Source: Basidiobolus meristosporus CBS 931.73 (lineage: Eukaryota > Fungi > Basidiobolomycota). From it: a stretch of DNA of 64,000 bases. Below the pieces are notes generated by a model. It saw nothing but the letters and a program-made list of their open reading frames with translations, had not been told where the DNA came from and did no database searches. Numbering within the stretch: the stretch's first letter is position 1; the number at the start of each line of letters is the position of its first letter. Below are positions 49,201-61,299 of this stretch, in pieces. The stretch lies in the NCBI GenBank assembly GCA_002104905.1, contig MCFE01000375.1:1-64000 (forward strand), read 5' to 3'. A program made the translations under genes and the position numbers.

Positions 49201-52200
49201 TGTTATGATCTACCACTTGAATGTTTGAGTTACATCAGTTTTTTGTCAAATCAATTAGTTATATGTTTAAGTTATTAGTATATCATTATTATCTATGAAA
49301 TCAGCAGCATTAGTCAGCAAATGAATCAGCAGATCCTTATCAGGCAGAAATAGATATGTTAAGTATGATCTTGTTGGGTGATGATGATGCAATCAAATGA
49401 GTCATCAGCCACAGCCTACATTAGGAAATACAATTAGTTAGCAATTGATCTGGCAAAATGTATATAAGGAGCTGTTGGAATCTCAATAAAGATCAGTTCA
49501 AGTTTTAGTGAATACAATACTAGCTACACTCCCTAATTGTCTACAACTCTTATACCAAGACTTGCAACATTGGTAGCAGCAATAACCAGAAACATCCCTC
49601 CTGAAGAAAGAAGAAGCCTCCCTCAAGATGGCTGAAAATCAAGAATGGAGGAATGCTATGCAACAAATCCTGGCCCAGCAGCAACAGTTACTCCAGATCC
49701 TTAGCCAGCAGCAACAAGGAATGACTACCATGGCCCAAAGCCAGCAAAACCCTTTCAAGAGCAACTTAAGTGCAAAGGTCAACCTGTACCATGGTAGTGT
49801 CAATGAAAACCTGGGAACTTGGGTCTTCCAGATTGAAGACACTTTCAAGGCTAAGGGAATTGCTCCAGAAAGCAAGTTACATTATGCAGCCTCTTACCTG
49901 GCTGATGCAGCTTTGCAGTGGTACCAAAACAAGATCAGGTCAGCCACCATGATGGGATGCTTTACAATCTTTACCAGGAATGAGTCTTTGTTGGAAATTC
50001 AGGATACCTTTGAGCCCTCACACCAGCAGACATTACCAAGAAGAAAGTTGAAGACACTCAGACAGGAAGGAATGGTCCAAGAGTACATCTACAAATATAG
50101 ATGTCTACTTGGGCAAATTGAAAGAATAGACCCTCTGGATCAAGTTGTATACTTTATTGATGGGTTGAAAGAAAGAACTCTTAAGGAAGTGAATTACTGA
50201 ACACCTCAGACTATTGAAGAAGCCATCACGATTGCCATTGACCATGACTCAGCTATGTTTGGAATTGGGAAGCCCACAATGACTAATCAGAAAGGCTACA
50301 ATCACTATGAAAGAAGACAAACAGAAGCAGTGCCAATGGAAATAGATGCTATGCAGAAGAATCCTACCTCCGAAGAATGTAAGAAGAAAGAACTTTGCTT
50401 CAATTGCCACCAGCAGGGACATATTGCAATGTACTGCCCTCAGAGAAGAAATGGACACCAGCCATCAAGAACCTTCAACCATATTGAGGCCATGGAGCAT
50501 AGTAACATGGAGGATGAGCTTGAAGAAGACCTAGAACTCACCTTCCATATGACAGAAAAATACCTATCCCAGATGACCTCAAACTCAGGAAAGTTGTTAT
50601 ACCTGAATGGAGTAGTCAGTGGAGTACCTGCCAAGATCATGATTGACTCAGGAGCATTGCATGAATACATGTCAGAACAATTGGCTTTGAAAGCTGGAAT
50701 CAACTTGGAACCCACCAAATCAACTTAAATCTCAACAGCTGATAGGAACTCTCACATAATCAACCTTATTACTCAGCCAGTTAGGTTAAAGATCAATGAC
50801 TATGAAGAAGATCTACAGGCCAATATATTTGGGAACTGCAAGTTCAACCTTATTTGAGGGAAAACCTGGCTATTTTGTTGTAATCCATCAATGAACTGGA
50901 GAACACATGCTACTCACATCCAGAAAGACTACAAGACCTATGAGCTATTACCTGCCAGACTGGATTTTAACTTGGCCAATTCCAGTGTGTGTGAAACAGG
51001 TTGATTTTCAAGACACATTCTGTAGAGAACTACAAAAAGGCACCCAAATGTTCCTGATGGCAGTATTACAGGTTGATTCCTCTGCTCCAGTACCCCAGGA
51101 GGTCCAGACACTTTTGAAGGAGTGTTCAGACATATTTCCAGAAGAGCCTGTAAGCTTACCACCAGTCAGAGACGTGGATCCTGCCATTGAAATAGGAGAT
51201 AGCTTTCCAGCAAGTAAGACACCTTACAGAATGAGTCTATTGGAGTTGGAATAGATGAGGAGACAAATAGATCAGTTACTGGAGTAAGGATATATCAGAC
51301 CCAGCAAGTCACCATGGGGAGCACCAGTGCTTTTTGTAAAGAAGAAGGATGGAACACTTAGGATTTTCATTGACTACAGAGCCCTCAACTCAGTTACCGT
51401 GAAGAATAAGTATCCCATACCTTGGATTGATGAGCTTTTGGACCAACTCAATGGAGCCACTATTTTCAGCAAGATTGACCTCATGACAGGATACAATCAG
51501 ATTAGGGCAAAGCCAGAAGACATCCCTAGACAGGATTCAGGACCAGATATGGACATTACAAGTACTTGGTAATGAGATTTGGCCTCACCAATGCCCCTGC
51601 AGCATTCATGACCCCTATGCAGACTGTCTTCCAGGAGTACTTAGACAAGTTTGTCATAATCTACCTAGATGATATATTGATATACAGCAAGACAGAAAAG
51701 GATCACTTGGTGCACATTGAAAAGCTCTTGAAGAAGCTAAGAGAGAACAAGCTTTATGGGTAGCTACCCAAGTGTGAATTCTTCAAGAAACACATTGAAT
51801 ATCTCAGACACATAGTGACTAGCACAGGAGTAACCTTAGACCCTAAGAAGGTTGAAGTTATCAAGAATCTGAAGCAGCCGCATAGTATATCAGGGCTCAG
51901 ATCATATGTTGGAATAGTTGTCTATTATTGGAGATTTGTCAAGTTGTTTGCAAGTATTGCAGCCCCTTTAACTGATATGCTCAAGTAAGACAATACCTAC
52001 AAGTGGGACATAGCTTATGAAACTGCCTTCCAGACACTCATGAATAAACTTGCTAAGCTGCCAAGCTTAAGAATACCTGACTTCAGAAAAGAGTTTACTC
52101 TATGCACAGATGCTTCAGATTATGCAATTGGTGGAGTGTTGAGCTAAGAACATGAGGGAAAGGACTACCCCATTGCCTTTGAATCCAAGAATCTGAACTC

Positions 52201-54135
52201 AGCAGAACAAACTATCCAGTGCATGAGAAGGAGATGCTTGCTATAATACACTGTTTGAAGACATGGAGATGCTATATTGAAGGAGTCAAATGCACTGTGA
52301 AGACTGATCATGCCTCCCTCAAGTATATATTTACTCAGAAGATACTCTCTAGAAGAATGAAAAGATGGAGTGAATATATTCAGCAACTTGACTTGGAGAT
52401 TGTCAACTGCCCTGAAAAAAACAATATGGTTGCTGATGCCTTATCATGATTAGAACAAGTTGCACAACTCAACTTGGTGCATGAATCAGATTGGCCTAGC
52501 CTATTAGCAAAGTACATGGAGGACCAAGCCATTCCTAATGAGGTGAATGAAGATATCAAGAAGATAATCCAGGATGAAGCCAGCAAACTTGTAGCACAGG
52601 ATGAAACACTCTACCAAATTGTTAATGGAAGCCCTATTCTCTATTGCCCTTATGTTTCTTGCCTGGATCTAGCCCATAACCTCTACAATGAATATGTACA
52701 TCTTGGAACTGAAGGAACCAATAGCGTTGTGAAAGCCAGAGCATGGTGGCCCAGAATGAGACATGACACTGAGAAGCTAGTGAAAGCATGCCCAAATTGC
52801 CAAATGAACCAAGGCCACTACAGAGAATTGCTCAACTCTTTCCCTTGGAGCCAGTAAGACCATTTGAAAGATGGGGAGTTGACTTTATTGGAAGACTGCC
52901 ACCTAACAAGAAATGCAACCATTGGATCCTAGTAGCAATTGACCATGCCACTTAATGCCAAGTGGCTAAAGCTGTACCTATAGCCAACAAACAATAAGTT
53001 GCAAGTTTCATCTACCATGAGATTCTTATGAAGTTTGGATGCCCTGTAGCAATTCTATCCAATAGAGGCGCAAACTTTGTGGCAAAGACATTGGAAGCTT
53101 ACCTGGAAATGCAGCACATCAGACACCTGAAAACCCTGGCATTTCATCCTAAAACTAATGGAGTCACTGAGTGGTTTAATGGATTATTTGGAAAAATGCT
53201 GACCAAGTATGCAAATGGAGCTGTCAATAGATGAGGTGAGTAAATAGACCAAGCACTCTTTGCATGCAGAGTTAGAGTATACAACACCACCCAGCAATTG
53301 CCATTTTAATCAGTGTATGGATGTGAAGCAAGGACTCCAGGAGATCTCACACAACCAAACCTTATAGACACCTTTGCAGATGAAATCAGTCAACCAAGTA
53401 GACACCAGCAACTGGAATAAAGAGGTCAAGAGGCACAGACCAAAGTATCTCAAAGAGCAGAAATAATGAAGCAGAGAATTGATAAGACTATAGTACCAGA
53501 AGCATTGAGAGTTGGGAACTTTGAATTGCTAAGAAACAACACTTGGAAGAAGTTTGAGCCACAATGGGCAGGACCATTCAAGATCATCAGAGAATGTCCA
53601 TTTGCAACTTACCAACTAGTGGACAAACAAGGCAACATCTGGGAAAATTCAGTGCATAGGGACAGACTCAAGCTTTTAAGACTTACTGATAATACTGAAT
53701 CATCAAGATACTGGTATCACAAGAAAAGAGATTCAGGAGAGGCCTCTCAACTTTAGCAGGGGAGAATGTTATGATCTGCTGCTTGAATGCTTAAGTTACA
53801 TCAGTTTTTAGTCCAATCAATTTGTTATATGTTTAGGTTATTGGTATATCAGTATGTTCTATCAAATCAGCAGCATTGGTCAGCAAATTAATCAGCAGAT
53901 CCTTATCAGACTGAAATAGATATATTAAGTAGGATCTTATTGGGTGATGATGATGCAATCAAATGAGTCATCAGCCACAGCCTACATTAGAAAGTACAAT
54001 TAGTCAGCAATTGATCTGGCAAAATGTTTATAAGGAGCTGCTGGAATCTCAATAAAGATCAGTTCAAGTTTCAGTGAATACAATACTAGCTAAACTCCCT
54101 ATTCCTCTACAACTCTTATACCAAGACTTGTAACA
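49201..54135 (+). mobile_element. Full-length degenerate Ty3/Gypsy retrotransposon
   Basis: 369 bp LTRs 49201-49569 and 53767-54135 (TGTTA...AACA), PBS TGGTAGC, PPT AGCAGGGGAGAA. Coding motifs: gag, knuckle CFNCHQQGHIAMYC, protease IMIDSGA, RT (IYLDDILIYS), RNaseH, integrase (FHPKTNG). No chromodomain. Confidence 0.92.
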
Positions 54136-54379
54136 TTTATATGTCAGTGGGAACTTTGCTCTGTATACAATGGATGATGTGAAAGCAGTGGTACACATAT
54201 TGCCATCCTCTGCAGACTCATCTACCTCACTGGAATATAGCCAAGCTGGCTGTGCTTCCAATGCTTAAGAAGACAACTGTTGCTGATGTAGTAGTTCTTT
54301 TTGGCTAGTATAGGATTCAGCCTATTCTGTACTGACAGCATTAATTGGCAGGAACTGCATCTTGCTCTACATGTTTGCA

Positions 54380-55121
54380 ACTTGTTCTGTTGGATAGTGC
54401 CATACTGAGTGATGGGTGCCAAATGATGCCATAATGTGTCAGTGAGGCCAAGTGGACCTATACTTGGCCACAGTGTGTGAAACATAGATCTTCATTGGAA
54501 TGCAAATCAGCCCTTGTGTTTCACCCATTGTGCCGGAGTAAATCCATTTTTAACCTGTTTTTGAGGTCAATGTTGTGCACAATGTGTAAGAGGACAGAAG
54601 AACTGAAGACATGCTTCTGGTACTCAATAACATGGCACTCTGAATCTAGCTCCTGTGGCTTATAACATGATACAAAATGCTTATCACTATCTTGGTCCAC
54701 TGGCACTATCTGGGTACACTGGCACTATCTGGCACCATATTTAAATATTGGCCCTGAAATAAAACCTATACAGAGCACTTATTGTGCCAGATAGTGTCAG
54801 AGGACCAAGATAGTGCTAAGCATTTTGTATCATGCTACAAGCCACCGGAGCTAGATTAAGAGTACCATGGTTATTGAGTACCAGAAGCATGTCTTCAGTA
54901 TTGCTGTCTTCTTACACATCATGCACATCATTTATCCCTAAAAATGGTTAAAAGTAGATTTTCTCTGGAATAATGGGTGAAACACAGGCACTGCTGTGCA
55001 TTCAGATGGATATCTATGTTTCACACTCTGTGGCCAAGTATAAGCCCACTTGGCCTCCCTGGCACACTGTAGCATCATTCAGCACTCATGGCTCTATGTG
55101 GCACTTTCCAACAGAACACAT
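54380..55121. mobile_element. Palindromic (foldback) MITE, arms about 340 bp
   Basis: 54381-54740 is the reverse complement of 54781-55120 (roughly 80% by eye). Termini (A)CTTGTTCTGTTGG are shared with the Harbinger element. Both arms are homologous to 45048-45390. Confidence 0.88.
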
Positions 55122-55669
55122 CTTACGTTTGCAATATATACATTACCAGTAATACAAGGTATATAACAACCTTTCAATGATCACACCAAAAAGCTGAGCT
55201 GGGATACTGTACCACCACTGTAGTTACATATTCTGCTGTTTTCTCCCATCAAAAGCAAACAGACTTTATCTTTCTGATCTAGGCTTTACTTTCTTGGACT
55301 TTTATCTCTGTTATGGTACTCAGATCTTTCATTTGCTGCTTGATAGGTTTATCTTGGTATTGCAGTAGCTCATGGCCTGACTGGTAGCTCTTCATAGAAG
55401 CTTCATTCTGAATAGGATAGGAATGGTCTCATATAAACTATGTGTTGAAATATTGGACTATTTGGTATCATTCAGCAGCTAAATTTTTACTTAACAATTC
55501 TAGACTTGTCTTAGTCGCTGTAGGACTCATTTACTGCCTTAACTTCACCATTTTCTCCAGATATATGATCTTATGATTACTCCCTGTAGTCAGGATCAAA
55601 TTAGCACTATTACCAAACATTATGTACTAACCCTGAAACTGTTACAGAATGCTCCTGAATATTGAGAAA

Positions 55670-55810
55670 CCCTCCCTACTTAGTGTTGCAGCTGTATTAC
55701 TTCTACAAAGATATAAATACTGAGCTTCTTTATGAATAAACAACAGTTCAACTATTATCACTATTTCTTGATAAGCTCCTTATATCCAAATCACTTCTTA
55801 AATTGCAACA
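55670..55810. repeat. Short LTR-like segment repeated at 60398-60508
   Basis: cttagtgttgcagctgtattacttctacaaagatataaatactgagc...agttcaactattatcactatt recurs at 60405-60491. It contains TATAAATA; this copy also has AATAAA and ends TGCAACA. Confidence 0.6.
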
Positions 55811-57139
55811 CTATTGTGCCTAAACTGTAAAACCTGATGCCACACTTTTTAATTGCATAAATTTGCCATAACAGCTGTGAAATGCCTCTGTTGCTTGTGA
55901 TAGAGTATTTCAGCATAGAGCTTGATTGACAGTGGATATCAACAAGCACATGATCTTCAGCCCCCATTATAGTCCTTAGCCTGACCACTATTATTGCTTC
56001 TCTAGCTCCTACTGCAGGTAATTAGACTTCATTGTTCATGGTGATGTTATTGTAGTTTCTGGGTATGTGGTTTCTGATGGAGTACTCTGTTGCTTTCCCT
56101 GGCAACAATAATCCATTATCCTTGTATGATTGGACTGCTAGATAACATTTAGTGGGCTTGATAGTCCAAATCAGTCTTGGGTGCTACCTAATTCAACTTA
56201 GAAACTGACAGCTTGTTGCAGTTGGCTTTCTTCAATGTCTGGTCTTGAAGATGTTACTAGCTGAATTTTCCCCATTGATCTAGATCTGGATCATGCAGGT
56301 AGCATATCTATGGTTTGTCAGATCCCCTTGGGTGAGAAGGAACATCTTGTTGGCAGTACATACCTACTCTGAGTTGTTTCATCTAAATTGGTCATTCATT
56401 TAGATCTCCCATAAATTTTAACAGGCTTGATCAAGTTTAATCAAATAAACTTTGTTAAGAAGCCATTGCACTCAGTATTGTTGTTGCAAATAGCATTACT
56501 GCAGTGTGGCTTGTGACTGAGAGCTGTAAGTAAACTGATCTGAACACAACAGTAAGATCTACACATGATTCATGTTAATGTATATGCGCAGCACTCATTA
56601 AATGTCTGATAACATATGTACTAGGGTAGGGCAACTAGTACATTCCTCCATAGTATTTCATATGCTTTCAATAGTAAACACAGATATAATGTCAGGCTTA
56701 CTTGTAGCACTTTTTTTCATGGCAGTAGAGAACACTTGTTCAGACATATTTGGGTATATCTGTCCTGTTGTGTGTGATACATATGTGGATATGTAGCTTG
56801 TCTTGTAAGTGTCTCATAGAGCCCCAGTATATCTGGTAATACTAACAGGGTTACTGATACATCATAAGTACCACTCCAGTGTTGGCATACCTGGGATCCC
56901 TGATCTTTGGGCAAATACATAGTATTATATATTATTCTAATCCACAGGTTTGGGCAAGGTGATTCATGTATCTGTCTGCATATCCAACTCCAAACTAGTG
57001 CAGCAGGCAGCTCCAAAGTGCTTGCATATAGTTTTATTTCAAGTGGCTACAGACTTTTGTAAACTCACTGCTGGAACATGGGCTCTTCATCAACTGATAT
57101 AGCATAATCCAAACACAGCTATATGTAGAACTTTAACAT

Positions 57140-60100
57140 AGCTCAATTGCTGACTAATTGTACTTCCTAATGTAGGTTGTGACTGATGACTCAGTTGATT
57201 GCGTCATCATCACCCAATCAGAACCTACATAATTTATCTATTGCTGACTAATAAGGAATGGCTGATTGATTTGCTGACTAATGCTACTTGATTTGATAGA
57301 TAGCACTGATATACTGATAGGCTAAGCATATTATTAATGGATTTGACTAAAAACTGACCTAACTTAAACATTCAAGCGGTAGATCATAACATTCTCCCCC
57401 ATCAAAGCTGAAAGGGTTCTCCTGAATCTCTTTTCTTGTGATACCAATATTTCCATAGTTCAGTATTGCCAGCAAGTCAATCAAGCTTGAGTCTGTCTCA
57501 ATGAACCAAATCTTCCCAGATATTCCTTAATTTGTCCACCAGTTGGTAAGCTGTAAATGGACATTCTCTGATGATTTTGTATAGTACCATCTACTGTGGC
57601 TTAGACTTCTTCCAAGTACTGTTTCTCAGCTATACAAAGCTCCTAACTGTCAATGATTCTGGTGATATAGTCTTTTCAAATCTCTGCTTCATCTTTTCTA
57701 CACTTTGAATTTATCTGGCCTGTGCCTCTTGATGTCCATGCCCCAGCTGCTGGTGTCTACTTGGCCAACTAGTTCATCTTCTAAGGCATTGGTAAGCTTT
57801 GGTTGGGTGAGATCTCTTGGTATCCTTGGTTCACATCCATACACTAGGTGATATGGCAATTATTGGGTGGTGTTGTGTACTCTAGCTCTGCATGCAAAGA
57901 GAGCTTGATCAATACACTCATCCCATCTACTGACAGCTCCATTTGCATACTTGGTCAGCATTTTTCCAAATAATCCATTAAACCACTCAGTGAATCCATT
58001 AGTTTTGGGGTGATATACCAGGGTTTTCAGGTGTCTGATATGATGCATTTCCAGGTAAGCTTCCAATGTCTTAGCCATAAAGTTTACCCCCTTTTTTGGA
58101 GAAAATTGCTACAGGGTATACAAACTTCATAAGGATCTCATGGTAGATGAAGCCTACAACTTCTTGTTTGCTGTCTACAGTTGCTGCTTTAGCCACTGGC
58201 CATTTGGTGGCATGGTCAATTGCCACAAGGATCCAACAGTTGCATTTCCTGGTATTTGTAGTCTTACAATAAAGTCAATTCCCCATCTTTCAAACAGTCT
58301 TACAGGCTTCAAGGGAAAGAGTTTGGCAGTTTTCTGTGGTTGGCCTTGGTTGATTTGGCAATTAGGGTATGCTTTCACTAGCTTCTCAATGTCTTGTTTC
58401 ATTCTGGGCCACCATGCTCAGGCTTTCACCAGGCTATAGGTTCCTTGATTCCATATCCAGGCAAGCAACATAAGGGCAATAGGCAATAGGACTCCCATCA
58501 ACAATTTGGTAGAGTGTTTCATTCTGTACCACAAATTTGCTGGCTTCACCCCATATTATCTACTTGATCTCTTCATCCACCCCATCAGGAACAGCTTGGC
58601 CCTCCAAGAACTTTGTTGATAGGCTAGGCTAATCTGATTCACGCACTAAGTTGAGTTGTGCAAGTTGTTCTAACTTTGATAAGGCATCAGCAACACCAGT
58701 TGCATAATCTGAAGCATCTGTGTATAGAGTAAACTCATATCTGAAGTCAGGTATTCTAAAGCTTGGCAGCTTAGCAAGATCATTCTTGAGTATCTGGAAG
58801 GCAGTCTCACAGCTATGTCCCACTTGTAGGAATTGTCTTTCTTGAGAATATCAGCTAAAGGGGCTACAATACTTGCCAAGAACTTGACAAATCCTCAATA
58901 ATAGGAAGCCACTCCAAGGAATGATCTGAGTTCTGATATGCAATGAGGCTGCTTCAGATTCCTGATTACTTCAACCTTCTTAGTGTCTAAGGTCACTCCT
59001 GTGCTAGTCATTATGTGTTCCAGATATACAACATGTTCCCAGAAGAACTCACACGTTGCTAGCTTCCCATATAGTTTGTTCTCTCTGAACTTCTTCAAGA
59101 CCACTTCAATGTACCACATGATCCTCTACTGTCTTGCTGTATATCAATATGTCTTCTAGTTAAATTATCACAAACTTTTCTAAGTACTCCTGGAAGTCAG
59201 TCTGCATCAGGGTCATGAATGTTGCAGGGGCATTGGTGAGGCCAAAACTCATAGCCAAGTACTTGTACTGTGCATATCTGGTCCTGAATGCTGTCTTAGG
59301 GATGTCTTCTGGCTTCACCCTAATCTGGTTGTATCCTGACATGAGGTCAGTCTTTCTGAATATATTTGCCCCATTGAGCTGGTCCAAAAGCTCATCAATC
59401 CAAGGTATGGGGTACTTATTCTTCATGGTAACTGAGTTGAGGGCTCTGTAGTCAATGCACATCCTTTGAGTTCCATCCCTCTTCCTCACAAATGTACTGG
59501 TGCTCCCCAAGGAGACTTGCTGGGTCTAATATATCCTTGCTCCAATAACTGATCCATTTGTCTCTTCATCTCTTCCAACTCCAATGGACTCATTCTGTAA
59601 GGTGTCTTACTTGCTGGAAAGCTATCTCCTGTGTCAATGGCCTGATCCATGTCTCTTACTGATGGTAGGCTTACAGGTTTATCTGGAAGTATGTCTGAAT
59701 ATTTCTTCAAAAGAGTCTGGACCTTCTGGGATACTGGAGTAAAGGAATCCTCCTGTAATACTGCCATGAGGAACATCTGGGTGCCTTTTCTAAGTGCTCT
59801 ACAGAACTGTGTCTTGCTAGTTCACTTGTTTCACACACAATGGAATTGACCAAGTTGAAATCCAGTCTGGCAGGTAACAGCTCATAGGTTTTGTTGACCT
59901 TCTGGATCCAAGTAGCATGGGTTCTCCAGTTGATTGGTGGATTACAACAAAATGGCCAGATTGTTCCAAGTACAAGGTAAAACTTGCAGCTCTCATATAA
60001 CTAGGCCTGTAGGTCTTCTTCATAGTCATCAATCTTCATCCTTACTGGCTGAGTAATATAGTTGATTACATCAGAGTTGCCATCAGTGGTTGAGACTGAA

Positions 60101-60397
60101 GTTGCTTTGGTGGGTTCTGAGTAGATTCCAGCTTTCAAAGCAAGTTGCTCTAACATGTACTCATGCAATGGTCCTGAGTCAATCATGATCTTGGCAGGTA
60201 CACCATTGATCGCTCCAGTTGAGTATATTGGCTTTCCTGAGTTTGAGGGCATCTAGGATAGGTATTCTTCTGTCATATAGAAGGTAATTTCTGAGTCTTT
60301 TTCAAGTTCATCCTCCATGTTACTATGCTCAAGGGCTTCAATATTGTTGAAGGTTCTTGATGGCTGGTGTCCATTTCTTCTCTGAGGGCAATACACT
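57140..60397 (-). mobile_element. Second copy of the 49201 Gypsy family: gag truncated, RNaseH region partly deleted
   Basis: Reverse-complement homology to 50430-54000 ([30 protein letters not shown]). PPT at 57392-57400, then a truncated 3' LTR ~57140-57391. Confidence 0.88.
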
Positions 60398-60508
60398 CTT
60401 CTTGCTTAGTGTTACAGTTGTATTACTTCTACAAAGGTATAAATACTGAGCGTCATTAGGAGTAAGCAAAAGTTCAACTACTATCACTATTTATTGTTGC
60501 GGTTCTTA

Positions 60509-60877
60509 TGTTTCAAGTCTTGGTATATGAGTTGTAAAGGAATAAGGAGTTTAGCTAGTATTGTATTCACTGAAACTTGAACTGATCTTTGTTGAGGTTC
60601 CAGCAGCTCCATATATACATTTTGCCAGTTCAATTGCTGACTAGTTGTATATTCTAATGCAGGTTGTGGCTGATGACTCATTTGATTGCACCATCCTCAC
60701 CCAATTAGATCCTAATTACAGTATCAATTCCTGTCTGATAAAGATCTGCTGATTCATTTGCTGACCAATGTTGGTTGATCTGATATATAACATTGATAAA
60801 CTGATAGGCTAAACATTTAACTGATTGATTTGATTAAGACTGATCTAACTTAAAAGTTAAAGCAGTAGGTCATAACA
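60509..60877 (-). repeat. Complete 369 bp LTR of the 49201 Gypsy family
   Basis: TGTTATGA...GAAACA on the minus strand, homologous to 49201-49569. It is not followed by a PBS. Confidence 0.85.
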
Positions 60878-61299
60878 ACAGCACCTGCAGAAGAAATTGC
60901 CAAGGATACTTCATGGAGGCCAGTGAGCCCAGTAATACAACTGATAGTAAGTGAAGTAATGTTGGCAAGTTTCACCAATATTGGCAATGGGCCTTTGAGT
61001 ATCTACTGCTACTTTTTGCCAAATTATTCCAGCATGCAATTAATTATTTTAATGGTACAAGTGGCTCACTGTCAGGTAGCACTTCTTCAAGAGCAGTCCT
61101 CAAGAGAAAGTACTTGAATAGTGTAAGGGTTTATTGCAATGACTTGCAGATGAGGCACTCAACTTTACTGTGCTGGCCAAAGACCAGGTTATATTGAACT
61201 TGTGAGTTAATGCTGGCATATAGCTGTAAGGTTCCTTATAGGAAATAGGAAAAGAAGTTGAGCCCAAAGGTACAGCAGAAGAAATAGAGAAATGTCAAG

